A stretch of 64,000 bases of DNA from Batkoa obscura (Eukaryota), in the NCBI GenBank assembly GCA_030770535.1, contig JASVEC010000017.1, positions 434,001 to 498,000 on the forward strand. The letters are read 5' to 3'. A model generated the notes under the pieces. It was not told the origin of the DNA, ran no database searches, and saw only the letters and a program-made list of their open reading frames with translations. Numbering within the stretch: position 1 is the stretch's first letter; each line of letters opens with the position of its first letter. Below are positions 11,877 through 26,080 of the stretch, piece after piece. A program made the position numbers and the translations under genes.

Positions 11877-12342
11877 ATATTAATTAGCAAAATTTTATAA
11901 AAACAATTTAAATTAGCTTTCAATTAGTAATTAAAGGTTGCTATAAAAATATAGTGTAATACACGGTTTTTTAAGGTAAGGTTATTGAATAATAATGGTA
12001 ATAATAAATAATAGATTTAATTATGATAATATCTTAATGTTTTGATAAAATAACTATTGTATTTTTGCATTTAATTAAAAACTTATACTAAATTAAAAGT
12101 TATAAAGCGATATGAAATAATTTATTTCCGAATTGAAATTAAAATTCTTGTAATAAAAATGTGACCTACTTAAAAAGGTAACATTTATTCCTCATTAATT
12201 ATAAATACCAATGTTCTTAAAATTAAAGGAACATATATTATGGTCAAATTACAGATTTTGCCGTGATAAGCTTTTAAAATTATTTAAAAGCAGGTTAGCA
12301 GTTTATTGAAGGTATTTCAAATAAATAAATAAACAACAAAGC

Positions 12343-13443
12343 ATGGATTCAGTGCAGTCATTGAGCGACAATTTATCTGTTATGTACATTAATAATAATA
12401 GCAATACACATAAGAAAAATGATGGTGAGATAAAAAGAAGGAAAGTACTTGATATAGGCTGTAAGAAATTAATAATAGAGTTATCGAAACAGGGGTTAAG
12501 TCATCAAGCTATAGCAAACAGACTAAAGGTAGGAAGGAGTACCGTAACCAAAATATTGCTAAATAAAAAGCTGGTGACAGAAGGAGCATTGGATTTTTAT
12601 GATGATTCAAGAAAAAGATTGAGAAAAGGAGAGTTTGATGATTTAGAAATTGAGCTATTTAAATGGTGTACCTATGGATTAAATGTTGACCAGAAGCCAA
12701 AGATTTATAGAGGAAACGAAACCAAAGAAAATGAAGACCTGAGTCAATTAATCAAGATTAGAAATGATATTACTAAAGAGGACATAATAAGTTATGCTTA
12801 TAATTTATCTATACAAATGAACTTACCTAATTTTACACCTACTATCTCATGGATACTAAAATTTCAACGTAAATTTCAATTAGATTTAGCCCATGTATTA
12901 AATAACAATCCAGTTGATATAAATTTATTCTCAAAAACCCAAATGAATAACGATAACTATAGTTTGGCAAATTTTGTAGTCAAGAGTAATTTTAATCAAA
13001 GTAATAATTATTATAATGACATAAAGATCAATAATCCTCCTATTATTGTTCCAGATATACATATTGATAATGTAGCAACCCCAACTCTAAATAATAATAT
13101 GCCTCAATTTAATGCATTATTTATGAATAACGATACCAGTCCATTATTATTATCAAACGATCAATTCCAACCAATGATTTATTCTCATTCTGCTAATGTA
13201 TCTCCACATTTAAGCGCAACTCCACAATTTGATACCATCCTAGGCTATTCTGATCCATTAGAAAACCAGCATTATTATGACTCTCATTATAGTGATTATA
13301 ATAACAATTATTTTATAGATGCCTTCCAACCTACAACAGAATCCCATAATATTCAACCAAACCTAAATCAAAGTTTTGATCAGCCTTACTTCCCATCTGC
13401 TACATATGACTCTCTTCATCAAAATCAATTAGGATTTTATTAA
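12343..13443 (+). CDS. CENP-B/pogo-type tandem HTH DNA-binding protein with a low-complexity tail
   Basis: psq-like HTH (LSHQAIANRLKVGRSTVTKILLNK), linker RKRLRKGEFDDLEIELFKW, Tc5-type HTH (FTPTISWILKFQRKF); N/Q/P/Y-rich C-terminus; no DDE domain. Confidence 0.8.
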   Translation: MDSVQSLSDNLSVMYINNNSNTHKKNDGEIKRRKVLDIGCKKLIIELSKQGLSHQAIANRLKVGRSTVTKILLNKKLVTEGALDFYDDSRKRLRKGEFDDLEIELFKWCTYGLNVDQKPKIYRGNETKENEDLSQLIKIRNDITKEDIISYAYNLSIQMNLPNFTPTISWILKFQRKFQLDLAHVLNNNPVDINLFSKTQMNNDNYSLANFVVKSNFNQSNNYYNDIKINNPPIIVPDIHIDNVATPTLNNNMPQFNALFMNNDTSPLLLSNDQFQPMIYSHSANVSPHLSATPQFDTILGYSDPLENQHYYDSHYSDYNNNYFIDAFQPTTESHNIQPNLNQSFDQPYFPSATYDSLHQNQLGFY

Positions 13444-16400
13444 TCATCCTTATCTTTTCCTTATTAAATAAAATGTTCTAAAATAGTTATTTAATTTTCT
13501 TTTTATTTATTTTTGACCCATATTAACTTTTATTCATTTTAGGGCACTTTAATTTTTATTTATTTTTAGCACAATTTGATTTTATTTACTAAGAGGAGGC
13601 AACATATAGGTTTGATTCCCTTTTCTTTCTTTCAATAGTGTCAAGATCCTCTATATGTCAACTGTCCTATAATAATTAGAAATAGCTCTTAAAGTTTCAA
13701 GGGCTCTTAAAAAGAGTAAGCTGCCTTCAGGACTACAATCACGTACAAAAACACTATATCCATAATAACAAGAGATTGCAAAGGTAATACTGGTATATAA
13801 GAAAATGCTATGGGGATTATTAGACCCCCTAATTTTCGTGAAATTCTTTAAGCTATCCAAAATGTCTAAAAGCTCGAGTACAATTTCCTTAAGTGAAAAA
13901 TATTCTTTAGATACTCTGAAATCTAAACTGTAGCCCCCTTAGTGTAACTTAGGCTTTGCGTAAAGAGAAACAATTGTGATAGATTTAACAGGACCTAAGG
14001 CGTAATTTGATAAAAAAGGGGGTTTCTCAATAGTGATGATTTGGTCTTTTATTTTATTTTCTTAAACAACATATGATTTATTAAATATAATCTATACATT
14101 GATCCATAAACTTGGGGATTCTACTGATCCACATCGTTAGGTATAGTTGTATTTTTCCCAATGGCGAATTGAAGCCTTGGTATCTAACAAAATGTCCCAA
14201 AGTTAAATATGAACAAAAGTTTAAACTTTTTTATTTCATTTTCAAGTAGCTAAATAACAATTATTTGATGTTTATATGCCTAATATATATAAGATACCTT
14301 TTCTTTAACCGTAGAAAATGTCAAGATAGTTAAGGCTAAGCAAGGGTTTAAAGGTATTGACTTATACATTGTATATTTTTCATAATCTTGTGTGGTTATA
14401 AGTTCACAGGCAACTCAATAATTCCATAGCATACTATGATCTAAAGTAAAGTGATCTTTATTTTTTAAAAGGGTTTTACTATCTATTTCATCGACAAGTC
14501 CTGAGGGGTGCATCAGCCTATTATTTTTATTAGATTTCAATTAATTCATAAGTATATTACTTTATTTCTTTAACTAAAAATGGTGATTAAAGTTAGACAA
14601 AACATAATGATTTAAATAACTTACTGCATGTTTATTAAGCAATATCAAAGATCCCTTGGTTGAATTCGGTTAAATAATATACGTAGGAACGAATCAAATA
14701 AATAATCTTTTGAGCTCAAATCTTCGGCCATCTTTTAAGTTTAAAGTAAAAATAATTATCCTCAAATAATAGGCATTTTCCGAATATTAAATTAGTTGAA
14801 AAAGGAAAGGAGAAAGTGCAGCAGGTAACGACTAAAGGGGAGTTCCTTTTTCCGCGTTCTATTAAATTTCTAACTTTCGAACTGTTTATATATACAACAT
14901 TATTGTTAAGGTATTTCAAGAAGATTTCAACAAGCAAGTCTGCAAATTGCTTTTGCTCTAAAAAAGTTATAATCAAGAATGGAACTAAATTGAATTTACC
15001 TGTATTTCTAAAAGGACTTTTTTTTGCAAACCCATTGGAGGTATATATAGGCTGATGGCATTAATTGCAATTTAAGTTTATGACTTAAGCTTTTCTTAAC
15101 ATCTGACTTTAAATTTAATAGAACATTTTTTCGAATTCCTTAGTTTTAAGTTCTGATCCTCTAAACTTATTTAAAATTGTGATTTCAGTCATCGTCTTCG
15201 TCATTGCTTTCGCTTTTTTTTGACTATATCCCATTTATGTCTTATTATTTCTTTATTTTTCGTTTTCATTCAGATTTAAAATTATAGCTATGAGTTATTA
15301 TTGAATGTTAAATTTTAAGCAAAGGGACATACCTAGATAGAGGTTTCTTGTGTACAGCGTATTGTTTTTTGATGGATCTTTTTATAAAGTGTTTATTTAG
15401 AAACGTTGACCTTCTTCATAAAGGCATAAATATACTTAAAATCGCAACCTTTGATGAAGCAGTTTGCTATAAAGTACTTTAATACCAATGGTAATGCTAT
15501 TTGTTGTTCAAAATTGATTGAGATTTTATAGGCAAGTTCAGCTTGGCCACAATATTTATGTTATCGTTTTCACACTTAAATATTTATTACTCTCAGCTCT
15601 TTATAATTTTAAAAGCTAAGATCAACGTATAGTTACCTGATATTAATTAACTGATTTTTTTCAACCAATAAAATGCTTTTGAAATGTTTCATCCAGGATT
15701 TAATTTAAACATGGGTTAGGCATTTTCAATTTGTATTTGCCAAACTATTTTGGTAACTTTTCTATTATAGTGTTGAGTTATTTAAAGATAAATGCTCAAT
15801 TCGTGCTTAAAATAACTTCTAAATGAAATACTGCAGTGCATAATTATTCACCTAATATAAGCTTTCAACCAAGACTGCATTTCGAGAAACAAATCAAAAT
15901 TTTTCATAAGTTCCTGTACTATCTCGATTTCAAAAAAGATGTTATTGATTGCAACAGTGGCTTTTTTGAAATTTCCAATAAGGAATCAATCTTATGACGA
16001 CATAATGACTACTAACAAATATAGCAAAACAAAATTACTGTTGCAGTTGTATATCTTAACACCTTTAGTTTGTCCAAAAAGTACAGGAATTGAGGAAAAG
16101 CCTAACTCACATTTGAACAGTATGTATTGCTCTTTAAAAATAAGAGGCTTTGGCCAAATGCCATCAATTTAGTTATTAGAATAGATCTAAAGGTATAAAT
16201 GCCTAATACTTTTTAGCATAAAAATAGTATAGCTTATTTTTTAATAAACCTTGAATAGCCTAATAATCTAAAACTGAACTATCTGTAAATAGTTGCTATA
16301 TTCGAAGGCAGAAAATGTTACTCTATCAATTCCAAACCTCTGAAAAATTTGAACTATTTTACCTTGAACAAATACTAGTGTTTTTAAGCCAATTATTTTT

Positions 16401-16601
16401 GGTTAGTGGTATATCCCAAAGAATAGTGAGTTCTAAAAGTTTAGCCAAATACTGGCTATAGTAATAGTGATCAATTTATATTCCAAACAGGAAAATTATA
16501 GCCAATAGATTTAAGGTTTATATACTCGAGATTACATCACCCAGTATAAATATAAATACTCTAGTTAGCTCCAACTTTCTAATAGTTTGAAACTTTACAA
16601 A

Positions 16602-19600
16602 ATGCCGACTGAAAGAACCCCGTTGTTGAATGGGCAAAGCCAGCATCAAGCAAATAATCCATTCCCATTTGAACCAAGCCAGTTCTGTGACTTAGTGGAC
16701 CCAAAATCCCCAGATTCATTAAAAAAATTAGGTAATGTTGATGGTTTAGCTAAAGGTTTAAAGGTTGATCTTAGCACTGGTCTTTTAAAAGACGAAAGTA
16801 TCCAAGGGTATGATAGTGGTAGTTCTGCTCGTCAAGAAGTATACGGTAAAAACGTTATGCCCGAAACTGAGCAACGTTCCTTACTTTCTTTAATTTGGGA
16901 AGCTTATCAAGATCATACTTTGATTTTATTGAGTATTGCTTCTTTAGTTTCACTTGCCGTTGGCTTGTATGAAGATTCTCAAAAAGATCCTAATGGAGAT
17001 GAACCTAGGGTTGGTTGGGTAGAAGGTGCTGCTATTATTGTTGCAGTCTTAGTTGTTGTCCTTACCAATGCTGTTAATGATTACCAAAAGGAAAAACAAT
17101 TCCGTAAATTAAATGCCAAAAAAGATGATCGTTTAGTTAAAGTAGTACGTGATGGTCGTGAAGAAGAAATTTCTGTGTTTGAACTTGTTGTAGGTGATGT
17201 TTTGTGTATGGAACCTGGGGATATCTGCCCAGTTGATGGCGTTTACATCTCTGGTCACCATTTAGTTTGTGATGAGTCTAGTGCTACAGGTGAATCTGAT
17301 GCTATTAAAAAAGGTACTTTAGATCAAGAACTCGATCCTTTTATTCTTAGTGGCTCAAAGGTTCAAGAAGGTGTTGGTCGTGCTTTAGTTATTGGTGTTG
17401 GTGTTAATTCTTTTAGTGGAAAAACCATGATGGCTATGCGTGATGGTGGAGATGAAGAAACACCCCTCCAATTAAAATTAGACTCTTTAGCAGAATCTAT
17501 TGCTAAACTAGGTATGGCTGCTGCTATTCTTATGCTGATTACACTTAGTCTTAAATATTGGATTACTGCTGCTATTAATAAGGATATTCCTGATTTTGCT
17601 CATGGCTTCTCAGCTATGGTACAAATAGTTATCCAAGCTATCACCATTGTTGTTGTTGCTGTACCAGAAGGTCTTCCTATGGCAGTAACATTAGCTTTAG
17701 CTTATGCCACCACTCAAATGATTAAAGACAATAATTTAGTACGTGTTTTAGCTGCTTGTGAAACTATGGGTAACGCAACAGTTATTTGTAGTGATAAGAC
17801 TGGTACTTTAACTCAAAACAAAATGACTGTTGTACAAGCAGTAGTTTCTGAGAAATCTCTTGAAGGTTGCCAAGACTTGAATGAATTTAAACAAAAACTC
17901 CCTGAACAAGTTTTAATTACTCTCAATGAAGCCATTGCTTGCAACTCATCCGCTTTTGAAGGAAAAGATGAAGATGGCAACTTTACTTTCATCGGCTCTA
18001 AGACCGAAGTAGCCCTTTTAACTTTCCTTAAAGGTATGGGTGAAGATTATAACCAAATTCGTAAACATCGCAAACAAGCTCGTGTCTATCCTTTTGCTTC
18101 CAAAGTCAAATCCATGACTACCGTTGTAGAAACTCCTGATAGTAACTCTGAATACCGTGTATATTCCAAGGGTGCCTCTGAAATCATCTTAGGAGCCTGT
18201 ACTCATTACTTGGATGGTGATGGAGAAACTAAGCCATTATCTAAAGAAGCCAAAGAAAATTTTAAACTCACTATCCATGGATTCGCTATTGAAGCATTAC
18301 GTACAATCTCTTTAGCTTTTAGAGAAGCTTCCCAAAGTGATTTAGATTCTTTTTCTGAAGAGGAAGCGCCACTTGAAAAATTAGTAATGATTGGTATTGT
18401 TGGTATTGAAGATCCATTACGTGATGGAGTTAAAGACTCTGTTACTAAATGTCGTGATGCTGGTGTATACGTCAAAATGATTACTGGTGATAATCTTGAA
18501 ACTGCTAAAGCTATTGCTACCAAAGCTGGTATCTATTCTAAGGGTGGTACTGTTATGACTGGTCCTGAATTACGTAAACTTAATGAAAGCCAATTAGCTG
18601 AAGTTATTCCTAGATTACAAGTTTTAGCCAGATCTTCTCCTTCAGATAAACAAATTGTTGTCCGTACCCTTCAAAAGCTTGGAGATGTTGTTGCGATGAC
18701 TGGCGATGGTACCAATGATGGACCAGCGCTCAAGATGGCAGATGTAGGGTTTTCAATGGGTATTGCTGGAACTGAAGTAGCTAAAGAAGCCTCAGCTATT
18801 ATTCTTATGGATGATAACTTCAATTCTATTGTTAAAGCAATGAAATGGGGTCGTGCAGTAAACCAAGGTGTACGTAAATTTTTACAATTCCAACTTACAG
18901 TTAACATCACTGCCGTAATATTAGCTTTTATTTCTGCACTTACTAATTCTAATAATGAATCTATTTTAACTTCTGTTCAACTTCTTTGGGTAAGCTTCAT
19001 TTTAATTGTTACATACATTCGCTAATTTTCAAGGTTAATCTCATTATGGATACCCTTGCTGCACTTGCATTAGCTACTGAACCACCAACTGATGAACTTT
19101 TGGAATCCCTCCCAACTGATCGCAAAGCACCATTGATTACTAATAAAATGTGGAAACATATTTTTGGACAAGCAGTTTTCCAAAGTAAGTTTGTTTTTTA
19201 TCATTATTTTATAAATTATAATATTAATCTTTAGTTTGTATCAATCTCGCCTTTATTTACTTTGGAGATAAGCTTCTTCAAATTGATATTAGCAGTCCAG
19301 ATGGCGAAGCAGTTCTTCGCACTTGTGTATTCAACGCATTTGTCTTTTTACAAGTATTCAATGAGTTAAATTGTCGCCGTATCAACGATGAAGTCAATGT
19401 GTTACAAAACATTACCCATAATCAAATCTTTGTATTGGTACAAGTAGTTGTGGTTGTTGGACAAATTATTTTAATTTTATTTGGTGGTGCTGCCTTTTCA
19501 ACTGTTCCACTCACGGCCTACCAATGGTTCATCTCCATCCTTATTGGTTCTCTTTCCCTTCCAGTTGGCTTAGTACTTCGTTTATTACCTGATTTTAGTT

Positions 19601-19788
19601 CCGATGAAGGACAATATCGTACCCCACTTGTTAGTAGAGAACAAATGATTTGGGAATCCGTTGGTCGCGATGTTCAACGCAAAAATAAAGTATTCTCTGC
19701 CTTACGTCGTTCTCGTAAATCCATGTCCTCCCATTCCAGATCATTCTCTACTGATAAGCAAAATCAAAATACAACTAACAATGCTTAG
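16602..19788 (+). CDS. PMC1: P2B (PMCA-type) calcium-transporting ATPase
   Basis: DESSATGES, VPEGLPMAVT, CSDKTGTLT, KGASE, TGDGTNDGPAL, LWVNLIMDT; introns 18990-19033 and 19185-19234. Confidence 0.95.
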
Positions 19789-20056
19789 TTTTATTATCTT
19801 CCATCTACAAAATCCAATTTATATATCACCTAATATAATAAACTAAATTATTTTTGGATGGAAACTTGATTTTTTAATAATTCTTTATAAATTTATAATA
19901 AAAGAATTTCAGTTTCCCATAAAATTGAATGATTTGTAAATTGTAGCCAATAAAAACAAAATAGTTTATGTTTAAAATATTCTTAAAATGAGTACTTGTA
20001 AAGTGTTTGTTAAATACAATTGACATCAACAATTTTAATTAAAAGTTATTAAAAGG

Positions 20057-21520
20057 ATGAGTACCAATAACAATGAGTTAGTTAAGCTGAAAGAAAAGAA
20101 TAGATACACTAAGAATACAATTTTAAAATTGATTCATTGGGCGTCCAAATTGGAAAAGTTGAGGCTAATGGACTTAAACACTACGTTTTGTGAAATCATA
20201 TTAAGACAAATCAACTATGAGTTTACTGAAGAATGGGTGGAATACAACGAAGAAAAAGCAGAGATTGAGATGGAAGAATCGTTAGTAAAATATGGTAGTT
20301 ATGTAAGGAGGATCATGCTAACTAACTCTCATGACCTTCCGTTTTATGAAACTTTATTTAAAAACTGCAAAATTATATATACTATTAAAATCGAACAGTG
20401 CCCAGTGAATGAAGTGTTAGATCTAGTGTATAGGTACTATGGAACAGAAATTCGACATTTAACTTTAGGTAGTCCAGTAAATAAAGAAATCACAACTTTA
20501 GCACAGATACCCAAATTTCCAAAGATACTAACATTAAGAATTAATCGAATGAATATTGAAACCCCTTGTTTACAAGAAATATTGTTTTTTTTAAATGACA
20601 ATTTAAAGACGTTGAGTTTGGGTCAGCTAACTCTGGTTGAAGATAACACAATAAGGTATATAGAAAATAGGTTTCCAGAGTTAGATTGTTTGGATTTAGC
20701 AGCAGAAGCGTTTTATGAAGAAGGTCTCTTAGCATTAGAAAAGTCGATACATCGATATAAAGAATTGTCATTTGGAGCATTGGCTGATATCACCAAAAAT
20801 ACAGCCAAGCTAAAGTTATTAAACAGTAAGATACCAAAATTAAAGAGACTTAAAATAGTAGGCAGCAAACAATTGATTGAAGAAGGGGTCAAATTTTCAC
20901 AATTATTAGTAGGCAGTAATTATGGATTAAGTACAATTAGTTTAGCACGTTTGAATATGGATGTCGAATATTATTTTACAATGCAAAGGTTCCCTCAATT
21001 AGCTACTTTGACATTGGACAACTGTGCAAATTTATCTATTGAACATGTTACAACTATATTCCAACATCCAACTTTACGAACATTATCTCTAAATGGGAAT
21101 AGTATAACAGATGAGCATTTTTCATTATTGGTAAGGCGTAGAAAGATGGATACTGCTCCAATAGCAAATCTTGCAACATTAGCAATCCGGGGTGCTTACC
21201 CAATTGGCTTTTTATTTTTAAGTTATTTAGTTATGAGTTTGTTAAATGTAGTAACTTTAGACGTAACATCTACAAGGACAAGGAGTGAAATACCAGTAAA
21301 TACTATGATGCCACAGTTAATGAATTTGAATACCAAACCACTAAAATTGGGAGCGATAGGTATTAAAGGATCTTTTATTGACAATGTTATACTAGAAGCG
21401 TTGCTTATAATGGCACCTGACTTAAAAGTGATTAAATGTAGTGATAGTGAATCCCTTAAAAAACATCTAAGTGCAAAGCATTTATTAAAGAAAGATTTGA
21501 TAATATTTACTGAGAACTAA
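20057..21520 (+). CDS. RNI-like leucine-rich-repeat protein
   Basis: 487-aa intronless ORF with recurrent LxxLxL units (FPQLATLTLDNC, PTLRTLSLNGNSIT). Confidence 0.7.
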   Translation: MSTNNNELVKLKEKNRYTKNTILKLIHWASKLEKLRLMDLNTTFCEIILRQINYEFTEEWVEYNEEKAEIEMEESLVKYGSYVRRIMLTNSHDLPFYETLFKNCKIIYTIKIEQCPVNEVLDLVYRYYGTEIRHLTLGSPVNKEITTLAQIPKFPKILTLRINRMNIETPCLQEILFFLNDNLKTLSLGQLTLVEDNTIRYIENRFPELDCLDLAAEAFYEEGLLALEKSIHRYKELSFGALADITKNTAKLKLLNSKIPKLKRLKIVGSKQLIEEGVKFSQLLVGSNYGLSTISLARLNMDVEYYFTMQRFPQLATLTLDNCANLSIEHVTTIFQHPTLRTLSLNGNSITDEHFSLLVRRRKMDTAPIANLATLAIRGAYPIGFLFLSYLVMSLLNVVTLDVTSTRTRSEIPVNTMMPQLMNLNTKPLKLGAIGIKGSFIDNVILEALLIMAPDLKVIKCSDSESLKKHLSAKHLLKKDLIIFTEN

Positions 21521-21713
21521 ATGAGTATCATAAATATAGTAACTATCTTAAGTATTTGAATGGAATAAATAACAGCAATTCTCAAAATAGTTTGATATTA
21601 ATAATTATAAATAATACCCAGTTTGGTTTATTTTTAACAATGGTTGTTGTAATAGTTTGATAATAATAAACTAGATAATGATGCTATTTAATTTCAATTG
21701 TGCTATACTTTTA

Positions 21714-23282
21714 TTAATTTATCCATTCCGCTAATTTTTTTAATACTAAACTCCTCGCTAATCTTAAATCTAAGGGATCATTATCAAAATCAGGTAAAAG
21801 ATCTTGAGTATGGGAAGCAGAAGTAATTAAAAGTACCAGATTATTACTTGTATTCGTATTGCTTATATTGTTATCCATGGGACTGTTCTTATTGGGCAAT
21901 ACTGATAAGTAAGACCAAGGATCTAATTTTCCGTTTGTATAGATGACTTTGCTTATTAATTCAGTTCCGCCATACCTTTGATTTATATCTTCGACTTTAG
22001 GTGGCCCAATTGATTTACCAAAGTGTTCTTTGGAGCATACTGTGTTATAAATCCAATCATACGTTAATCTTTGGGATCTTAGACTTATTCCACTGTTTGG
22101 TGCTGTTTGATAATATCCAAACTCAGTACATGTTTGATAAGTCCACTATATAATATAATAAAAATAAATAAAGATACGCATAAGTAACTTAATAATATAA
22201 TCTACCTGTCTATTAGCATTATCTGGATTGTATTTAATATCTTTAATTTCATCTATAAAGGTTAAATCATAACACGACTTATTTTGAGATTTGAAATAAA
22301 TCTTGGCAGCAGTTGAAAAATATGCTAAATATTCATCAAATGACATATTATAATCTATATTACTACATACGGTATTCACATTAAATGGTACATTAGGTCG
22401 ATTATATTGTACTGCTGTTGCAAACATATCCGACAACACAGATACAAACATAGTATCATCTATTACACTTTGACACTCAAATTGTTCTTTAACTCTTGAG
22501 ATTGTATTACTGTTTTTACTATTTAATAGTATGTCCAAGTTTTTAGTAAAATTAGCAATAATATTAGCACACTTTTCACCAAATGAAATGGCAGTAATTT
22601 GATCGTACTGATAAAAATCTCCAAGTGCTTTTACTGGAGCGGAAGAAGCTAAAGCCGCATCAATTAAATTTGGAAACAATTTTCTAGACCAAGCAGCTAA
22701 ATTACCAGCATAACTACCACCAACAACAATCACTTTTTGGTTCTCCTTTCTTTTGCTCTGTAAAAAGGATTCAATATCTTTTAAACTTTGTAAACTACTT
22801 AAATAACTCAAGTTATCTACACTCATATCTTCAAATAATTTACTTTCCCCATAATAACGATGCTCTAAGGTATAAACCATGGCTTGAAATTGTTGGGCTA
22901 TCCTTACTATAAACCCACTTTCACTACTTCTTGAGACTAACTTGCCTTCCCCACCAATATATAATAATAGTGGTCCATTCTCTTTATAATAGTTATTATT
23001 TTGATAGTAGCGTTGACTAAAATTTCTATTATCATTTGGATTGAGATGATCAACTCTTTGTTGAAATATTAGACCTTTGCCTTCAGTCATCATAGGTTCC
23101 AATTTATTAGTTAATAGTGGTATTGGTTTAATTCCTGCCTCGTTTTCATAATCTATAGCTGCTATAGCCCTAAACAAAATTTAATTAATTAATTGATTAG
23201 GTTTAGTTTAATATTACCTTAAACTATAAGTTGTACTTAAACAAGTTAATAAAAAGAATAGTAGACGTATAAATAAATTCAT
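21714..23282 (-). CDS. Secreted serine peptidase, family S28
   Basis: Signal peptide MNLFIRLLFFLL; QRVDH, LYIGGEG, LEHRYYGES, GGSYAG, WTYQTCTEFGYYQT, DPW, ASHTQDL; two introns. Confidence 0.92.
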
Positions 23283-24235
23283 TCTTTAATATTTGATATT
23301 GTAAAATAAAAACACAATGCGTTATTTATACATCTTTTATTTTTTTTCTTGTTATAATCTTTCTTAATTTCCGTTTTACTTTTATTGACATTTTTAACAT
23401 TTTAACTTGCTTATTTTCCATTTTTAGATTTATTAATGTTGTTCAATTGCTGTTCTAGTATCTCTTTTTAACTTCTTTTAATAAAAATGATATAGCTTTA
23501 GTCTATCAATTTATTTTATTTTTCATATTTTTAACTCTAATCTATCATAAAATAATTGATATTAATTTCTTAACCAAATAAACATTTTGAATACTGCAAT
23601 AATATTTTGTAATTAATGTTCTAAATCAAATTAACTTATTAGCTTATAAACTGTAAAATTTTATTAAGTAAATTAAATAATGTGCGTAGCACCTCCAGAT
23701 GTTCTAATAAAATAATATTTTAATAGCTCAACATAATATAAAATAAATTGAAATCAATATTATTTTATCCACAGTTTATTAATTGAAATATAAAATAAGC
23801 TCGTATACTGAATAACTTCGCTTGACCAATGAAATCATCATGGTATGGTGCACTATTTCTTTTCTGGATTTAAAGTTCTTAAATTATCAGCAGTCACATT
23901 AATATCGGTAAATGATTTAAAGCTATTTTCCCTAAGATTAGCCTTCAAACTGCTAATTTTAGATAATATCTAAAGCGTTTGTTTGGACATAGTGACACAA
24001 TATCAGAATAATCCAATGATATGAAGTATATATATTAAAAACCAGTAAAATGAGATCTATTAGGAATAAAAATTAAAATTTAGCCAATAAAATTTAAGTT
24101 TCAATTAGTATTTCTAACCTAACCAAAACAATTAGTAAAAAGTAATGGTGAGAGATTTTATAAAATTAACGGTTTCTGTTCTAATCAATTCTATCAAAAT
24201 TAGGATTCATTTTAATAAGCAAGTTTTTTTGAAGC

Positions 24236-25730
24236 ATGTCGGCAGTATTGAGAGCATCAAGTTTAATCAAGGCGAGGCAGGCTTCTAAAGTTTTGAAGGA
24301 TACCTCTAATGCCTCAAAATTTTATAAATATTTAAGTCAAATTACGTTGGGCACTGTAAAGGTCGGGGACCACTGCCAAGTACCTTACAACTTTGGGGAA
24401 ACTCAGTTAGCCCTTAGAAATGGCGGCTATTCATCTTTTTACCCTAATCAAGGGACTAACAATAAATCGATGGGGGATTCAATCGGGATGCTACCCCTGG
24501 TAAATAATGAGTTTAATTCAAGCACAATTTACAATCCTCGTTCAGATGCTGGATTTTTCGATTTGTACTATCCATCACCATCACCACCAATAGTTAAAGA
24601 CTGGAATCAGCAATCAGATTATGGAATGCATTTACACCCCTGGCAGCAGTATTACTTTGATTATGGAGTTACAGGGATACCAAAAACAAATTCGAAGTTG
24701 CCTTTTCCAGATGAAGATAAGTTTTATTTAAGCAAGGGGTTTGGCGAAGATGCGTGTTTTATACGTAAAGACTCTTTAGGGGTAGCGGATGGAGTAGGAG
24801 GGTGGAGAAAAGTGAAAGGTATTTTTTTGTTTGTTTTAATAATACTTGAACTCAATGTTGTTTAGGTGCAAACTCTGCCTTCTTTTCGCGCAACTTGATG
24901 CATTTCGCTTGTCAAGAACTTTCAAAGTTAGAAAGTTTGGATTACAATTCTTCGCAATCACCAGCTGAAGGCGGTGTTTATTTATCGCCTTGTGAACAGC
25001 GATTGTTTTATCATCAAGTAGATCCTATTAAAATTCTTGAAAATAGTTATCGTTTAGCTATTGAATCAGCTTCAAGTTATGTAAGTAGCAATATTATTAT
25101 ACTAATTATGATTTATATATTTATATATTTACTTAGAAAATAAAAGGTTCAAGTACAGCATGTATTGTTATACTTCGAAATAACGAGTTGAGAATTGCGA
25201 ATTTGGGTGATTGTGGAGTAGTAGTTTTAAGAGACGGCGTTGTTATTTTTCAGACTTTAGAGCAACAGCATTCATTCAATTTCCCATATCAATTGGGCAC
25301 AAATTCTAAAGATCGACCAAAAGACGCACAATACTATTCATATTCAGTAGAAAAGGGAGATGTTATAGTAATGGGAAGTGATGGTTTATTTGATAATTTA
25401 TTCCTTTCTGATATTGAAGAGGAAGTAACAAAATGGAAGCCCGACTTTGATTGGGTATATGATACAAATTCCTATAATGAAGTTTTGGGATTTTGCACTA
25501 CATCAACAAGCCTTAGAAATGCATCAAGCCATTATGAAGCTAATTTGAGACCTGGCGACTTATCTCATGCTTTAGCAGCTCGTGCCTGTAAAGTATCACA
25601 ACAAACCACGACCAATCAATCTACACCTTTCGAAGAAAGAGCTAAGAAAGAGGGCATAAAGTTTCAAGGTGGTAAAAGGGATGATATCACAGTTTTAGTG
25701 GCTGTGGTAGCACCACAAGCTCAAGATTAA
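24236..25730 (+). CDS. PTC7: PP2C-family phosphatase, PTC7-like
   Basis: GEDACF, GVADGVGGW, GSSTAC, ANLGDCG, QQHSFNFPYQL, GSDGLFDNL, GGKRDDITV; two introns. Confidence 0.9.
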
Positions 25731-26080
25731 TATTTTACTTTTATATTCTTTTTTTAGATTTTATAACTCTTTACATCCCCTTTTACTAACACTAATAAGT
25801 TTATTTAAAGTTGGGCGTATATTGCCTTTCTATCTCTATTACATATGCTCTCTCTTAAAATTGTTGATTTTACTAATTGTTTATCATAAAAAATTTATTT
25901 TTATTTTTTAATTCATTAAATAAGTTTATAATTTGGTTACTATTATTATACTGTTATTATTATTTTACTTTATTATTGCTATATTATTTAAATTCTTCCA
26001 TGACGTGGTAGCTGTTTATGATTAATAATCAACGACTATTATAAAATTTTACTAATGATAAAATTTAATTCTTTTTTGAA

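Noticed and set aside
18206..18910. Antisense ORFs in PMC1
   Set aside because: Codon-bias shadows of the sense gene
24819..24865. Yeast-like intron-retention isoform of PTC7
   Set aside because: The intron is 47 nt and retention ends in an in-frame TAG before most catalytic motifs
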